Below, in pieces: positions 12,854-24,740 of a stretch of 64,000 nucleotides of DNA. Position 1 is the stretch's first letter, and each line of letters opens with the position of its first letter. The position numbers were made by a program, and so were the translations under genes. The notes below the pieces were generated by a model. It made no database searches and was not told where the DNA came from. It saw nothing but the letters and a program-made list of their open reading frames with translations. Source of the stretch: Octopus sinensis (Eukaryota); assembly GCF_006345805.1 (NCBI RefSeq), contig NC_043015.1:40672001-40736000 (forward strand), in the 5' to 3' direction.

Positions 12854-13459
12854 TCCTTGTTGCATATTTTGATTTTAATCACCTAATTCTGAAATTGTAT
12901 GGATAATACCATACTAAATTCTGGTGCTTCAAATTAAGTACCATATTCATCTGAATGTATCTATCTATCTATCTATCTATATATATATATATATACATAT
13001 GAACATACCCACACAAATTCTTCATAGAAATTGGAATGTGGCACATTCCTTTCATCAGATGTTGCCTGGAGATCTGAAGGATTTTGGCAACTTTCAACAG
13101 AATCATCCCCTCCAGTGGTGCCAAGCAGCCACTGATGCCACCAGCGGGATGTCTGGGTTCTTTTAGTCCACATCAGAGTATATCCATCCATTTTGCAAGA
13201 CATGAAGCCACCATACCAAACCATGTAGCAACTACTTTGGTTTCACTAAGTGTTGAACATTTGTTTCTTTCTCTCCCTCTCTCACACACACTCGCTCTCC
13301 CCTTCTCTCTCTCTCTCTCACACACACACCCACACACAAATCTCTCTGATATCCAGGAGCAAATATTCTCCACTTCGCTCAATAGCTTGTCATTGTCCAT
13401 TCTTCTGTTGTTCCAAAGTTCAGTTCCAGCCAATTGGAACATTTTGGAACTATCTACAG

Positions 13460-13637
13460 CTGTGGTTCTTAAACTTTTTAACATCCAAGCCAGACCCAAA
13501 ACCTGGATTTTTTTAGGGAGCCAAACCCATAAAAATAAAATACAAGTCAATTAAGAAAAGTTTATATTTATAGAGGGCCACCGGAAGGATGCTTGAGGGC
13601 CGCATGCAGCCCTTGGAGCTTCAGTTGAAAAGCCCTT
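13460..13637. mobile_element. hAT (Charlie-like) MITE; related ends at ~31350-31427 and 58810-58875
   Basis: Decayed TIRs CTGTGGTTCTTAAAC / GTTGAAAAGCCCTT, flanks ATCTACAG / ATCTATGA resemble an NTCTAGAN target, subterminal GGGCCGCATG. Confidence 0.6.
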
Positions 13638-14479
13638 ATCTATGAACCATAACATTTCCACATCTACAAGAACCATTCTGCTCTGCTGTCCTCATCCCTT
13701 CCAGGACTTTTATCTCCTTTATATGCATGACAAATCATTCCATGTGACTGCTCTCCATGTTGCAATCAACTCAACAACGCGGCTGCTTTTTTGTTAAGTC
13801 AGGTCACATCATAAAGTTAGGGGACTTCTTAGCTTTTACAATATGGCTTTGGGACACAAGTATCACCTCCAAATCCATTATGTACCTTCCAGGTTTTAGT
13901 ATCGTGGAAAAAAAATCTGGATTTTGACAGCACTTTCTAAACACACACACACATACAAACTATAAATGATGGTGCTTGGTATACTCAACAATGCAGTGTA
14001 TTCTGAACTTGTATGCATGTGCACACAACATGTACTCTGAAGATCTAAGTCCAGTGATTATTGTTAGTGGGTCTAAGAAACAGAGAAGCCCTCCATGGGT
14101 CCACAAGGCCTTTTGTGACAAACACAAAGTAATCTCTCTCTCTCTCTCTTTATATATATAATAGAAATAATGGACTCTCTCCCATCATTAGACAATGTAT
14201 GAGCATTCGACAATTTCTTACCGAATAACAACACAGATGATTTGTTTATAATGATCAAATGTTTGTGTAGAAATAAGCTCAGTCCCTCCATCAAATCGAC
14301 ATTACCTGTACAGGTGCAATTGAGTGCTAGATGTCAGGTGTCGAAATGATCGCAAAGCAACGTGAAATGAAGTGCTTTGTTCAAGAACACAATGCAATGT
14401 TCAGTCTGGGAATTGAACCCACGATCTCACAATCATGAGTGCAACACCCTAACCACTAAGCCATGTATATTTAGTTTAC

Positions 14480-14518
14480 CTTTCCGTTAAGGTAAGATCA
14501 ACAAAAAAAGTACTCCAT
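14480..14518 (-). CDS. Candidate 39-nt exon WSTFFVDLTLTE (phase 2-2)
   Basis: Acceptor catttatttctcaccag|, donor AAG|GTAAAC, only one open frame. Confidence 0.33.
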
Positions 14519-14802
14519 CTGGTGAGAAATAAATGTTATGGGCTACTAATAGTTTCATACATTGGAGATGTTTTCTAAGCAGGTTTTGATAATACACCTT
14601 GTGTCTCCAAGTAATCTTCAGGCTCTGGGCACATGGCATATACAAGTTACAAATCAGAACAAAAGAATCGTGAGAAAGAAATGAGATGAAGGCGAATGTG
14701 AAAAGTGGAAGGGTGAAAGAAACGGAAAAAGAAAGGAAAAAAAGAACAAAGAGAATTAGAGTTATGTTCCTTTTGACCATACACCCATAAAACATGTTGG
14801 TG

Positions 14803-15312
14803 TAGAATCAACGGAAAGGGTCTAAAGTCTACAATACAGCTGCTCAGTCTGGAGAAGGCGGTGTTCTCCAATTCATTAAAAGAAACTTGTACATATGTTT
14901 GCCTTTGCTGAAAATTTCTGATCTGGAATTCAGCAGAGCAGTAGAATTCTTAGATCTAAAAAGGATATGTGATCTTTCATCCGAACTTGCATTTTTTGAC
15001 ACATTAACCTATAGCATCGATTTTTCTACCATTTTCCACTTGACTGTATATGGTGTGGAGTTGGTCTACAGGTGGAAAATCACAGAAAACTCCACGCCAT
15101 AGGTTAATGGATAAAAATATGCAAGCTATGCATAGCTGAAAGATTACATATCCTTTTTAGATCTAAGAATTCCACTGCTCTGCTGAATCCCAGATCAGAA
15201 ATTTTCAGCAAAAGCAAACATATGGACTAGTTCCTTTTGGTGAATTGGAGATTACAACCCTCTCCGCATTGAGCAGCTGTATCGCAGACTTTAGAACCCT
15301 TCCATGGATTCA
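14803..15312. mobile_element. Fold-back MITE with long imperfect terminal inverted repeats
   Basis: 14803-14980 is the reverse complement of ~15135-15312 (e.g. TTCTTAGATCTAAAAAGGATATGT / ACATATCCTTTTTAGATCTAAGAA). An inner IR is also present. Confidence 0.8.
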
Positions 15313-15362
15313 AAGTATGATGCAATTAGTAGCTCATAGCTATATACTGTGTACATTAACCA

Positions 15363-15760
15363 ATCATCATCATCATTATAGTTTGATGTCTACTTTCCAT
15401 GCTGGCATGGGTTGGACGATTTGACTGAGGACTGGCAAACCAGGAGGCTGCACCAGGCTCCAATCTGATCTGGCAAGGTTTTTACAGCTGGATGCCTTTC
15501 CTAATGCCAACCACTCCAAGAGTGTAGTGGGTGCGTTTTATGTACCACCAGCACAGGGGCCAGTCAGGTGGCACTGGCAATGACCACACTCGAATGGTAG
15601 GAACCAGTCAGGTGGCACTGGCAATGACCACACTCGAATGGTGCTTTTTACGTGCCACCAGCAGAGGAACCAGTCAGGTGGCACTGGCAATGACCATATT
15701 CAGAGGGTGCTTTTTACGTGCCACCAGCATGGGACCCAGTCAGGCAGCACTGGCATCAAA
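15363..15760 (-). mobile_element. Family D with ~4 internal repeats; others at ~5742-5912, 10508-10650, 38095-38535, 47044-47250, 58232-58480 (-)
   Basis: Reverse complement of the family D layout. Confidence 0.85.
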
Positions 15761-15859
15761 CACGCTTGCATTGACTTTCAAAAGGGTTTGTTTCTGAAGG
15801 ATTAAGAATATATTTATTACGGAAGTAGCGAAGTAGAGAAACACGAGGGGCTGACTAAC

Positions 15860-15921
15860 CTGAAGCCCATTCACTGGGTTTGTTCAATATTTAAACATTT
15901 TGGAATAAGTTCACTTGAAGC
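15860..15921 (-). other. Candidate 62-nt exon with stops in all three frames (poison or UTR exon)
   Basis: Acceptor ttttcctcgttctcttgcag|, donor CAG|GTTAGT. Confidence 0.35.
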
Positions 15922-16849
15922 CTGCAAGAGAACGAGGAAAATTAATTAGTCAGATGTCTTTTTAATTAGATTAATATAAATAGATGAATACAACAGAAAG
16001 AAATAATTAATTAAATTGAGGAGTAAAAATGCTTTCGGAGAATTTATGATAACTGGATATCATTCAATTGTGACAGCAATTATCAACTAAAAATATATTT
16101 TGACATTAAAACAAAGGATTTAAAAAAAAATATTTCTCTACAATTTGCAACATCTAAAGGAGAACTAAAAGATCTTCACAGAACTGTGGTATAAATTAAT
16201 CCAATGACTTAGTCTTCAGCAGCATGATGGTGGTGGTGGTGGTAGTGGTGGTAGTATTAATAATTATTACAATTATTATTATTATTATTGTTGTTGTTGT
16301 TTCTAATTTAGACACAAGTCCAACAATTTTAAAGAAAAGGTGGGTTAGGCAATCATGTTGACTCAGTTCTTGTCTGACACTTTATTTTATTGACCCACGT
16401 AGGACAAAACACAAGTTTTGGAAGAATTTTTATCCTCTGAGTATAAACCTCCACACTTAACAATGGTTCTTCAAGGATTTCACTGCAACGTATCCAGGTT
16501 TCCTCTCAAAATTTCTTGCTCTAAACAATAAAATGAACTGATATGAAATTGATGTGCAAGTGGCTGAGTACTCCACAGACACACGTACCCTAAATGTAGT
16601 TCTCAGGGAGATACAGTGTGACACAGAATGTGACAAGACTGGCCCTTTGAAATACAGGTACAACTCATTTTTGCCAGCTGAGTGGACTGGAGCAATGTGA
16701 AATAAAGTGTTTTCCTCAAGGACATAATGTGCTACCGGGAACTGAACTCAGAACCTTGAAGTGGTGAGCCGAATACATAAACCATTAAGCCACGCTCCTA
16801 CCAACAATAACAACAGCAGGAAAAAAAGCCTCTGAATGACACCATCTGA

Positions 16850-17080
16850 GAGTGGAGACTAGAGTGGAGGGAAGACTTGAGTGGAGACTAAAGTGGCGGG
16901 AAGACTTGAGTGAAGACTAGAGTGGAGGGAAGACTTGAGTGGATACTAGAGTGGAGGGAAGATTTGAGTGGAGACTAAGGTGGAGGGAAGACTTGAGTGG
17001 ATACTAGAGTGGAGGGAAGACTTGAGTGGAGACTAGAGTGGAGGGAAGACTTGAGTGGAGACTGAGTGGAGGGAAGACTT
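16850..17080. repeat. 29-bp minisatellite x8
   Basis: Unit GAGTGGAGACTAGAGTGGAGGGAAGACTT. Confidence 0.95.
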
Positions 17081-17799
17081 GAAAGGAGTTTGAGTGGGGG
17101 TGGTGGTTATCATCATTTCACTTGTAATGTGTGTGCAGTCTCCATTGTCCTGCTCCACGCCCAGAATGCGGAGATCGGCGGAGATAGTTGATGTTTAGTA
17201 AATAAACGAGGCTAACAGTCATTAATTAGTAATTACCATATACAGGTAGAAAACAACGAGGGAGTGGGTGGAGTAGGAGAGAATAGACATTTCCTGAGTT
17301 CTTCTTGTCTACGAAGATTCATTGGAAGGAAGAGAGAAGTCATAATTAGGGGAGAGGGTGCAGAGTTTCTACGACTGCAACAATTTTCTGAGAATTACCA
17401 TTTCCAAAGACTATGATCAATAAACAGGCATATTTCTTTGTACTTATCATCTGGCTTTAGTTCAAGATATCACAAGAATGACAAGGAAACACCCAAGATT
17501 TTGGCAACGGTAACCACAACGAAATGCACATGTACGCCATGTATGTATGTGTTTGCGTTTATGCAAATTTTGGGAGTGGGTGGAAACACCCCACCGACAG
17601 TTTTGCAGCTGAATTTTTCTTCATGTCAGCTTTCCTGCATTCCCCCTTTGGCAAGCTTTTTTCCCAATCCATACACCACACACCACCACCCACCCACCCA
17701 CCCATTCACCCCCACCTGGAAACAAACTGCATTTTATCTACAAAAACATCCTCGTTATTCCCCCCTCCCTCCCACTGCTGCCTTCCTTCAACAAAAGAC

Positions 17800-17851
<52 letters not shown>

Positions 17852-17885
17852 TAAATACATATATATATATATATATGTATATATA

Positions 17886-17935
<50 letters not shown>

Positions 17936-18142
17936 GTGTATGTGTTCATATATATGTGTCTGTATGTAATATATAAACGAAGCACTGAGGTAGCAGGTAA
18001 CTTGTAAATAAATTTTTGTCTTTTAACAAACATCCAGTTCGTCTGACTGTCCAAATACTATCACCCCTGATGCTATAACCCCTGATTAAATCACAGGATT
18101 CTCTCAGTCAGACAAACATGAAAACAGCTCAACTAGTTTCAC

Positions 18143-18184
18143 CTGGTCATTGCCAACTCATCAGGAATGGCTACTACTTCAGGT
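18143..18184 (-). CDS. Candidate 42-nt exon PEVVAIPDELAMT (phase 2-2)
   Basis: Strong acceptor tctctcttttctctctgtag|, donor CAG|GTGAAA, only one open frame, phase-compatible with the 14518 exon. Confidence 0.42.
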
Positions 18185-18565
18185 CTACAGAGAGAAAAGA
18201 GAGAATATTTATAAACTCTGCCGGATCAAGATTGAAGCCTGGTGCGGCCATCTGGTTTGCGAGCCCTCAGTCATTCATCCAACCCATGCTAGCATGGAAA
18301 GCGGACGTTAAACAACGATGATGATGATGATGATGACAAGCCAGCACTGACTTTGCTGTGAGTACACATCAGTACATTCATTAGTGTTGTATGCTAATTA
18401 ACATAATCACTGACACTAAGTGTTTGTAAATGAGTTGTAAATAAATCTACACATGTATGTTTATTTGGTAAGTACTAAGCAGAAAATTACAGAAGATTAC
18501 AAGATAAAGAGACAAATACAAAAAAGTACAAGAGTTGAGTACAACAGAGTACGAAAACAAAGGCC

Positions 18566-18929
18566 TCTTTTTTATCTTTTACTTGTTTCAGTCATTGGAC
18601 TAAGGCCATGCTGGGGCAACACATTGAAGAATTTTAGCTTAACAAATCAACCCCAGTATCTATTTTATTACTCTCTTTTGCTGAACCTCAATGTTACAGG
18701 GATGTAAACAAACCAACATGGGTTGTCAAGCAGAGGGGGTGGGTAAACACAAAGATACACACACACAACGGGCTTCTTTCAGTTTCCATCCACCAAATCT
18801 ACTCACAAGGCCTTGATTGGCCCGAGACTATAGTAGAATACACTTACTCAAGGTACCAAGCAGTGGGACTGAACCTGGAACCATGTGGTTGGGAAGCAAG
18901 CTTCTTACCACACAGCCACACCCTACACC
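18566..18929 (-). mobile_element. SINE family A, diverged
   Basis: Reverse complement of the family A layout. Confidence 0.8.
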
Positions 18930-20510
18930 CAAGAGAGTACAGAGGAGGAGGTGATGAGAATTTGATAAGGGGTCGTAACAAGAGGTAAATAAGAATAAGG
19001 AAAAGATAACTTCAAAAGATAACTTCAAAAGAGTACAAGACAGCAAATGTACCAACAGAAAGAGTACACGTAAAAGAGGACAAAAGTAATTTTAGAAGAG
19101 TTTATGAAGCCAAGAGTGGAGAGCACAAAAGTAAGGGAGGTAACTGACAAATGATGACCATCACCACTGATCGTGGATCCTAATTTTCTTTTCTTTGAGG
19201 GAATTCTGAAGGTTTATAAAAGATTCATATTTGAGAATAGAAATATGAATGAACATGAAATTGGGGTCAGACAGTTGCCCCCACTGTTAGGGGTGGGGCT
19301 GGCAGTGGGGGGGGGGAGGGCAACTGTGGTCACATTTTTAACTGGTAGGAAAAAGTAGGTTTTTCTAGATTGTTCTCTGACGTTTTTATAAATATTGATA
19401 AACAGGAAGTGAAAAGGGGAAGAGAAATGCTCGGCTAGATACAAGAGTATGGCGCTAATGGTTTATTTACGTATGGTGTTGTACGAGAGCGGGGTGGAAA
19501 GATATGCGTGTGTGCGCGCGTGTGTGTGTGTTTATATAAACTCACATACACACACACATGTACATGCATATGGTGTCTAAGCAATAAAAAATCTGATTTC
19601 TCGAAAAACAGGATATATGAATGGGGTACGTAGTGGTACTTATTGTTGTATAGCTCCAGGTCAGGCCCCAATCATGCAGGCCTATGATTAAAGGCATTCC
19701 AGCCGTGACCATCACTGTGATTTTGTATAACTGAGGGTTACACTGATCAAGGTGTCCTCCTCTTTTTTTTAAAAGCAGCATGGTGTGGTTTGAGGTAACT
19801 TGGCAGCTATTTCTAGCAGGTTAGTGAGGCATCCTCTTCAACCAGATTGTTTGTTCTTGTTATTTACTTCCAGACCAACACTGACAGACATTCCAATCAT
19901 AACCACCTTGTCTTTCCTGGAATTCTGTATAACTTCATTATCTAGTAATTCCTTTTCTTATCTAAGAAAAGTAGGTTGAGATTTGAATGAGATTTGGCTG
20001 CTATTTCTGCCAGCTTAAGGTGATTGCATACAGACCCCTTCACTAGCCAAATAACTGGGGTTAAGCATAGTGGGGTAGGTAGGTAGTAAAGGGAGATAAT
20101 AGGGGTGTATAGAGGGTGGGGTTAACTGGAACAAACAAGTAGTTGACATGCCATCTTCTGGAATTCTCTTCCTGCATTAACCAAAATATACATCTGCGTT
20201 TGCTACTTTCCTATCCTCCCCACCCAAAAATGTAAACCCCCCACCGCACCAGAACCGGGCCTTCTACTACGATCTTCTATCTTTTACTTGTTTCAGTCAT
20301 TAGAACGTGGCCATGCTGGGACACTATTTTGAAGAATTTTTTAGTCAAATGAATCGACCCCAGGACCTAGATCTTTCGTTGTCTTTTTTTAAGTTTGATT
20401 TCCATTCTATTGGTCCCTTTTACCGAACTGATAAGTTATGGGAACATAAACAAACCAACACCAGTTGTCAAACAGCAGTGGGGGACAAACAGAGAAACAA
20501 AGGCATATAC

Positions 20511-20907
20511 AGGCAAAGTGGCTGAGTTCCTCTCGAACGTTCGGCCTGACGGAGCCAAAGTGGTTGAGTTCCTTTTGAGTGTTGGGCCTCGTGGAAACAG
20601 GCCTCACCGGGGGGCAATAACCAAAACCTTTGGCATTATGTTGTGCTTGAGAAGAAGACCCATGAAGCCGAGCAAAATTGCTGTCGCGGCAGATACCAGT
20701 GTCACACTAATTGGCACCGAGGTGTCATGCAAAACCCCCCACTACACTCTGCTGAGTGGTTGGTGTTAGGAAGGGCATTCAGCTGTAGAAAACCATGCCA
20801 AATCAGACTGGTGTCTGGTGCAGCCTCCCAGGTAATCAGCCCAGTCAAACCATCCAACCCATGCCAGCATGGACAATGGACGTTAAATGATAATGATGAT
20901 GATGATG
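20511..20907 (+). mobile_element. (GAT)n-tailed retroposon family D, long form
   Basis: Conserved GAGTGGTTGG(C/T)GTTAGGAAGGGCATCCAGC block and CCAACCCATGC..GCATGGA..GGACGTTAAA(GAT)n tail. Confidence 0.8.
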
Positions 20908-21504
20908 GTATGTTAAACTGTCGTATGTCCAAATTTGGCCATGTGTTTTTTTTTTTCAATATTTATCTCTGCTTGCAATAGCCGATTCTTTTGGTCAAAC
21001 TATTGTATCTCCAGCTCCTTCAGATGCCAAAATATCAAAAATTGTCAAAGTGTAATACAACGGTTTTGTTATGGGATGGTGAAACTATTTTTTCGTTTTC
21101 TGAAAAACACACACACACATACGACAGGCTTCTTTCAGTCTCCATTTCCGAAATCCGCTTACAGGGCTTTGGCTGGCCCTGAAGCTATAGTAGAAGACAC
21201 TTGCCAAAGGTGCCATGCAGTGGTACTGAGCCCAGAACCATGTGATTTGGAAGCAAGCTTCTTACTACACAGCTACTCTTGCTATTCTTACCCATATTCT
21301 ACCCTATACCACAATGCCAGTAGTAACGAAGCACCATTTCCCCGAGTCCCTCACTAAACCACAACACCAACACCACACATCTTGAGAGTCAGCAAAGACA
21401 CTTGATTTGCTAGAATTAGCAGCCAATGCTTCTCAGATCACACTTTGCATGAGAGAAGAACACCAATAGGTGCAGGTGTGACTGTGTAGTAAGAAATGGT
21501 AAGA

Positions 21505-21919
21505 GGCGGCGAGCTGGCAGAAACGTTAGCACGCCGGGCGAAATGCGTAGCCGTATTTCGGCTGCGCTACATTCTGAGTTCAAATTCCACCAAGGTCGAC
21601 TTTGCCTTTCATCCTTTCGGGGTCAATAAATTAAGTACCAGTTACGCACTGGGGTCGATGTAATCGACTTAATCCGTTTGTCTGTCCTTGTTTGTCCCCT
21701 CTATGTTTAGCCCCTTGTGGGTAGTAAAAAAATAGGTATTTCATCTGCTGTTACGTTCTGAGTTCAAATTCCACCGAGGTCGACTTTACCTTTCATCTTT
21801 TCGGGGTCGATAAATTAAGTACCAGTTATGCACTGGAGGTCGATGTAATCGACTTAATCCCTTTGTCTGTCCTTGTTTGTCCCCTCTATGTTTAGCTCCT
21901 TGTGGGCAATAAAGAAATA
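21505..21919 (+). mobile_element. SINE family B dimer nested in a family A head (family A resumes at ~21920-22260)
   Basis: Two tandem bodies. The family A head GTGCAGGTGTGACTGTGTAGTAAGAA precedes it and AAGCTTGCTTCCCAACC follows it. Confidence 0.9.
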
Positions 21920-22766
21920 AGAAGCTTGCTTCCCAACCACATGGTTCCAGGTTCAGTCCCACTGCATGGCACCTTGGACAAGTGTCTTCTACTAGAGCTT
22001 CAGGCCGACCAAAGCTTTATGAGTGGATTTGGTAGTTAGAAACTGAAAAGAAGCCTGTTGCTATGTGTGTGTGTCTGTCTGTCTGTCCATCCCTCCCCAC
22101 CACTTGTCAACCAGTGTTGGTTTGTTTACATCCCTGTAACTTAGTACCAGGCTTTACGAAAAAAAAGTAGGAACTGGCATCGATCCATTCAACTAAAGAT
22201 TCTTCGAAATGGTGCCCCAGCATGGCCACAGTGTAAGGACTGAAAAAAAGCAAAGAGCAAAAGATTACATGTGGTTGTGGACAGGGTGGCCATGGCTAGA
22301 CTCCCTTTGATCATAGCTCTTGCTGAATTAGGGATGAACAAGGAAAGACACATTAGATAATGTAGTCCTAGATACACTATGCTTGAAGAAATGTTGTGTT
22401 AGTCACAGTAAAAAAAATCTTTGATCATTAGTCAACAGGATCGACACTGACCTGTGGCTAAACAACAGCAACAAGGAAGGACACATTAGATTCCGTATGT
22501 CTGGATAAAAGGCTGGAGGGTCGCAACTGGAACACCTTCGATCACAGGTCCACTGGATTAGGGTTGGACTGGGCGATAGGGAATTTAAACAACAACAACA
22601 ACAACGACAACAACATCTGTAAAGACCCACAATAACCACTTCTCTCTTTCTCTCTCTCTCCCTCTCTTTATTTCTCTCTTCCTCTCTTTCTCTCTTCTTT
22701 GGTCTATTTTTTAAGAAAAGCTTTTAATTAAATCCACAGCCTCAGTCCTAACCTATTCCCACCCCA

Positions 22767-22797
<31 letters not shown>

Positions 22798-23038
22798 GTA
22801 AATAAACTAATTCTGAGATCAAACAGCGCCAAGGGAAGGCAGAATCCTTTATTTCTTTTGTTGATTTTATTTTTAATCCGCTCCCTTTGACTTTTTCAAA
22901 AGTCTCCTACCACCACCACCACCACCACCACCACTGTTGCCACCCTTCCTCCTCCCCCCCAACCTTTCTGATGATCCCCAGAATGGAACCAAAAAGAATT
23001 TGCAAACAAACTAATGCTTCGCGACCACCACCACTACA

Positions 23039-23076
<38 letters not shown>

Positions 23077-23420
23077 CGTACAGGAAATAGGGGTGTCCAC
23101 TGAGACGTCAGCCTATACCACAAACACAACCACTACCGAAACAGTCAGTTTAAACATCGCCACCACCAGAACTACCACCATGACAATCAACAAAACTATA
23201 CCACCACCACCACCACCACCACCATTCACTACCTTCATGATATGCCAAAACTACCAACACCTCAATACCGGCACTACAACCATTGCCAGCACCACCACCA
23301 CCACCACCATTGCCCAATTGCTCACATTCTTGACATTCTACAGCTGTCCACCATTAAATACTTGCTATTTTTTATAGACTTAAGTTTTCATTAAGTATAT
23401 ATAGTGTGTGTATATACATA

Positions 23421-23825
23421 GGCGCAGGAGTGGCTGTGTGGTAAGTAGCTTGCTTTCCAACCACATGGTTCCGGGTTCAGTCCCACTGCGTGGCACCTTG
23501 GGCAAGTGTCTTCTGCTATAGCCTCGGGCCGACCAAAGCCTTGTGAGTGGATCTGGTAGACGGAAACTGAAAGAAGCCCGTCGTATATATGTATATATAT
23601 ATGTGTGTGTGTGTATGTTTATGTGTCTGTGTTTGTCCCCCTAGCATTGTTTGACAACCGATGCTGGTGTGTTTACGTCCCCGTCACTTAGCGGTTCGGC
23701 AAAAGAGACCGATAGAATAAGTACTGGGCTTACAAAAGAATAAGTTCCGGGGTCGAGTTGCTCGACTAAAAGGCGGTGCTCCAGCATGGCCGCAGTCAAA
23801 ATGACTGAAACAAGGAAAAAGAAAG
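23421..23825 (+). mobile_element. CORE-type tRNA SINE family A (OR1-like, name from memory), full length
   Basis: Head GGCGCAGGAGTGGCTGTGTGG, B-box GGTTCAGTCCC, CORE-like CACCTTGGGCAAGTGTCTT, internal (TA)(TG)n, TAAAAGAG tail. Confidence 0.9.
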
Positions 23826-24063
23826 AAAAAAAAAGAAAATGTATGTATATGTATGAACGTATGTATGTATGTATGTGTGTAGGGATATATTATCCTGGCA
23901 GTTACTGTATTTCCTCTTAATTCGGTTTCACATGCCAGCTAACCACAATGGTCCTCATGTGGTACCCAAGCTAACAGTAAGGTTGCTAGGCTCTGCTAAT
24001 TATTCTCGCTTGGTAAATCCCAGTGTCCTGTTCAGGGCAGCATAATTTTCATGGCGTATGTAA

Positions 24064-24459
24064 TCTCTATATATATAAAGCTGAAGTTGTCTGTGTATGG
24101 CAGGTTTGGTAGCCTTCAATTAACACTGTCTCCTCCGAGACCCTGCGGCGCAAGTTGGCCAAAATTGAGAGTATGATAGAAGAAGGCTTGCTCTTCCTTC
24201 CGTAGAAGAAAATATTCAAATCGGACCATGTTAACACCAAAAGTTATTTACATCAAATAGGTGCTTTTTTTCTATGAAAATCCATATTTTTTTTTACGAT
24301 TTTTTTACTGCTGTGTCGCCATTTTTCGGTGTATTTCAACCGAAAAAATGTTCACTTAAAGAGAATAACAAGCTACATAATGCAAAATTTTTTACTTTTC
24401 AAAAATACCAATTCTAAAGGGTCGAAACAAACCCGAGCAACACCGGACGATACTGCTAG
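24064..24459 (+). mobile_element. Non-autonomous Helitron
   Basis: A|TC start, subterminal CCCGAGCAACACCGGA hairpin, CTAG|T end. Confidence 0.8.
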
Positions 24460-24494
24460 TTATTATTAATAATGATGATAAGGAGAACGAAAAC

Positions 24495-24740
24495 TTTTCG
24501 CATCCATAATTTTATCTAACAGTTATTTGCAGCATCTTTATGGGACCTACATGTGTTTCAACAACAGCAACTGCACACTGTTGGATATGCAACTCAGCAT
24601 CATGGTTGGTGCAGTTTCCTCAGCGGGCCTTACCCTCTGCTGTTTCAAAACAGCAGAGGGTAAACAGCTGTTGATGAAACACATCTAGGTTTGTAAAGAT
24701 GCTGTTAATAACGGTTAAGTAAAATTATGAATGTGAAAAA
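24495..24740. repeat. Fold-back palindrome centred near 24645, with an extra segment in the left arm
   Basis: Outer arms 24495-24568 and 24667-24740; inner hairpin TTACCCTCTGCTGTTT-CA-AAACAGCAGAGGGTAA. Confidence 0.8.

Noticed and set aside
13100-13455. Coding-looking minus-strand stretch (RRMDNDKLL)
   Set aside because: No consistent splice sites. It faintly resembles a LINE C-terminus but is too decayed to call.
14560-14623. Alternative minus-strand exon SLKITWRHKVYYQNLLRKHLQ
   Set aside because: Has plausible splice sites and could join the other frame of the 7334 exon, but it is too close to the 14518 exon for both to be used. Unresolved without RNA data.
16850-17080. CRISPR-like regular repeat
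   Set aside because: Units are contiguous with no unique spacers, and the context is eukaryotic with no cas genes.
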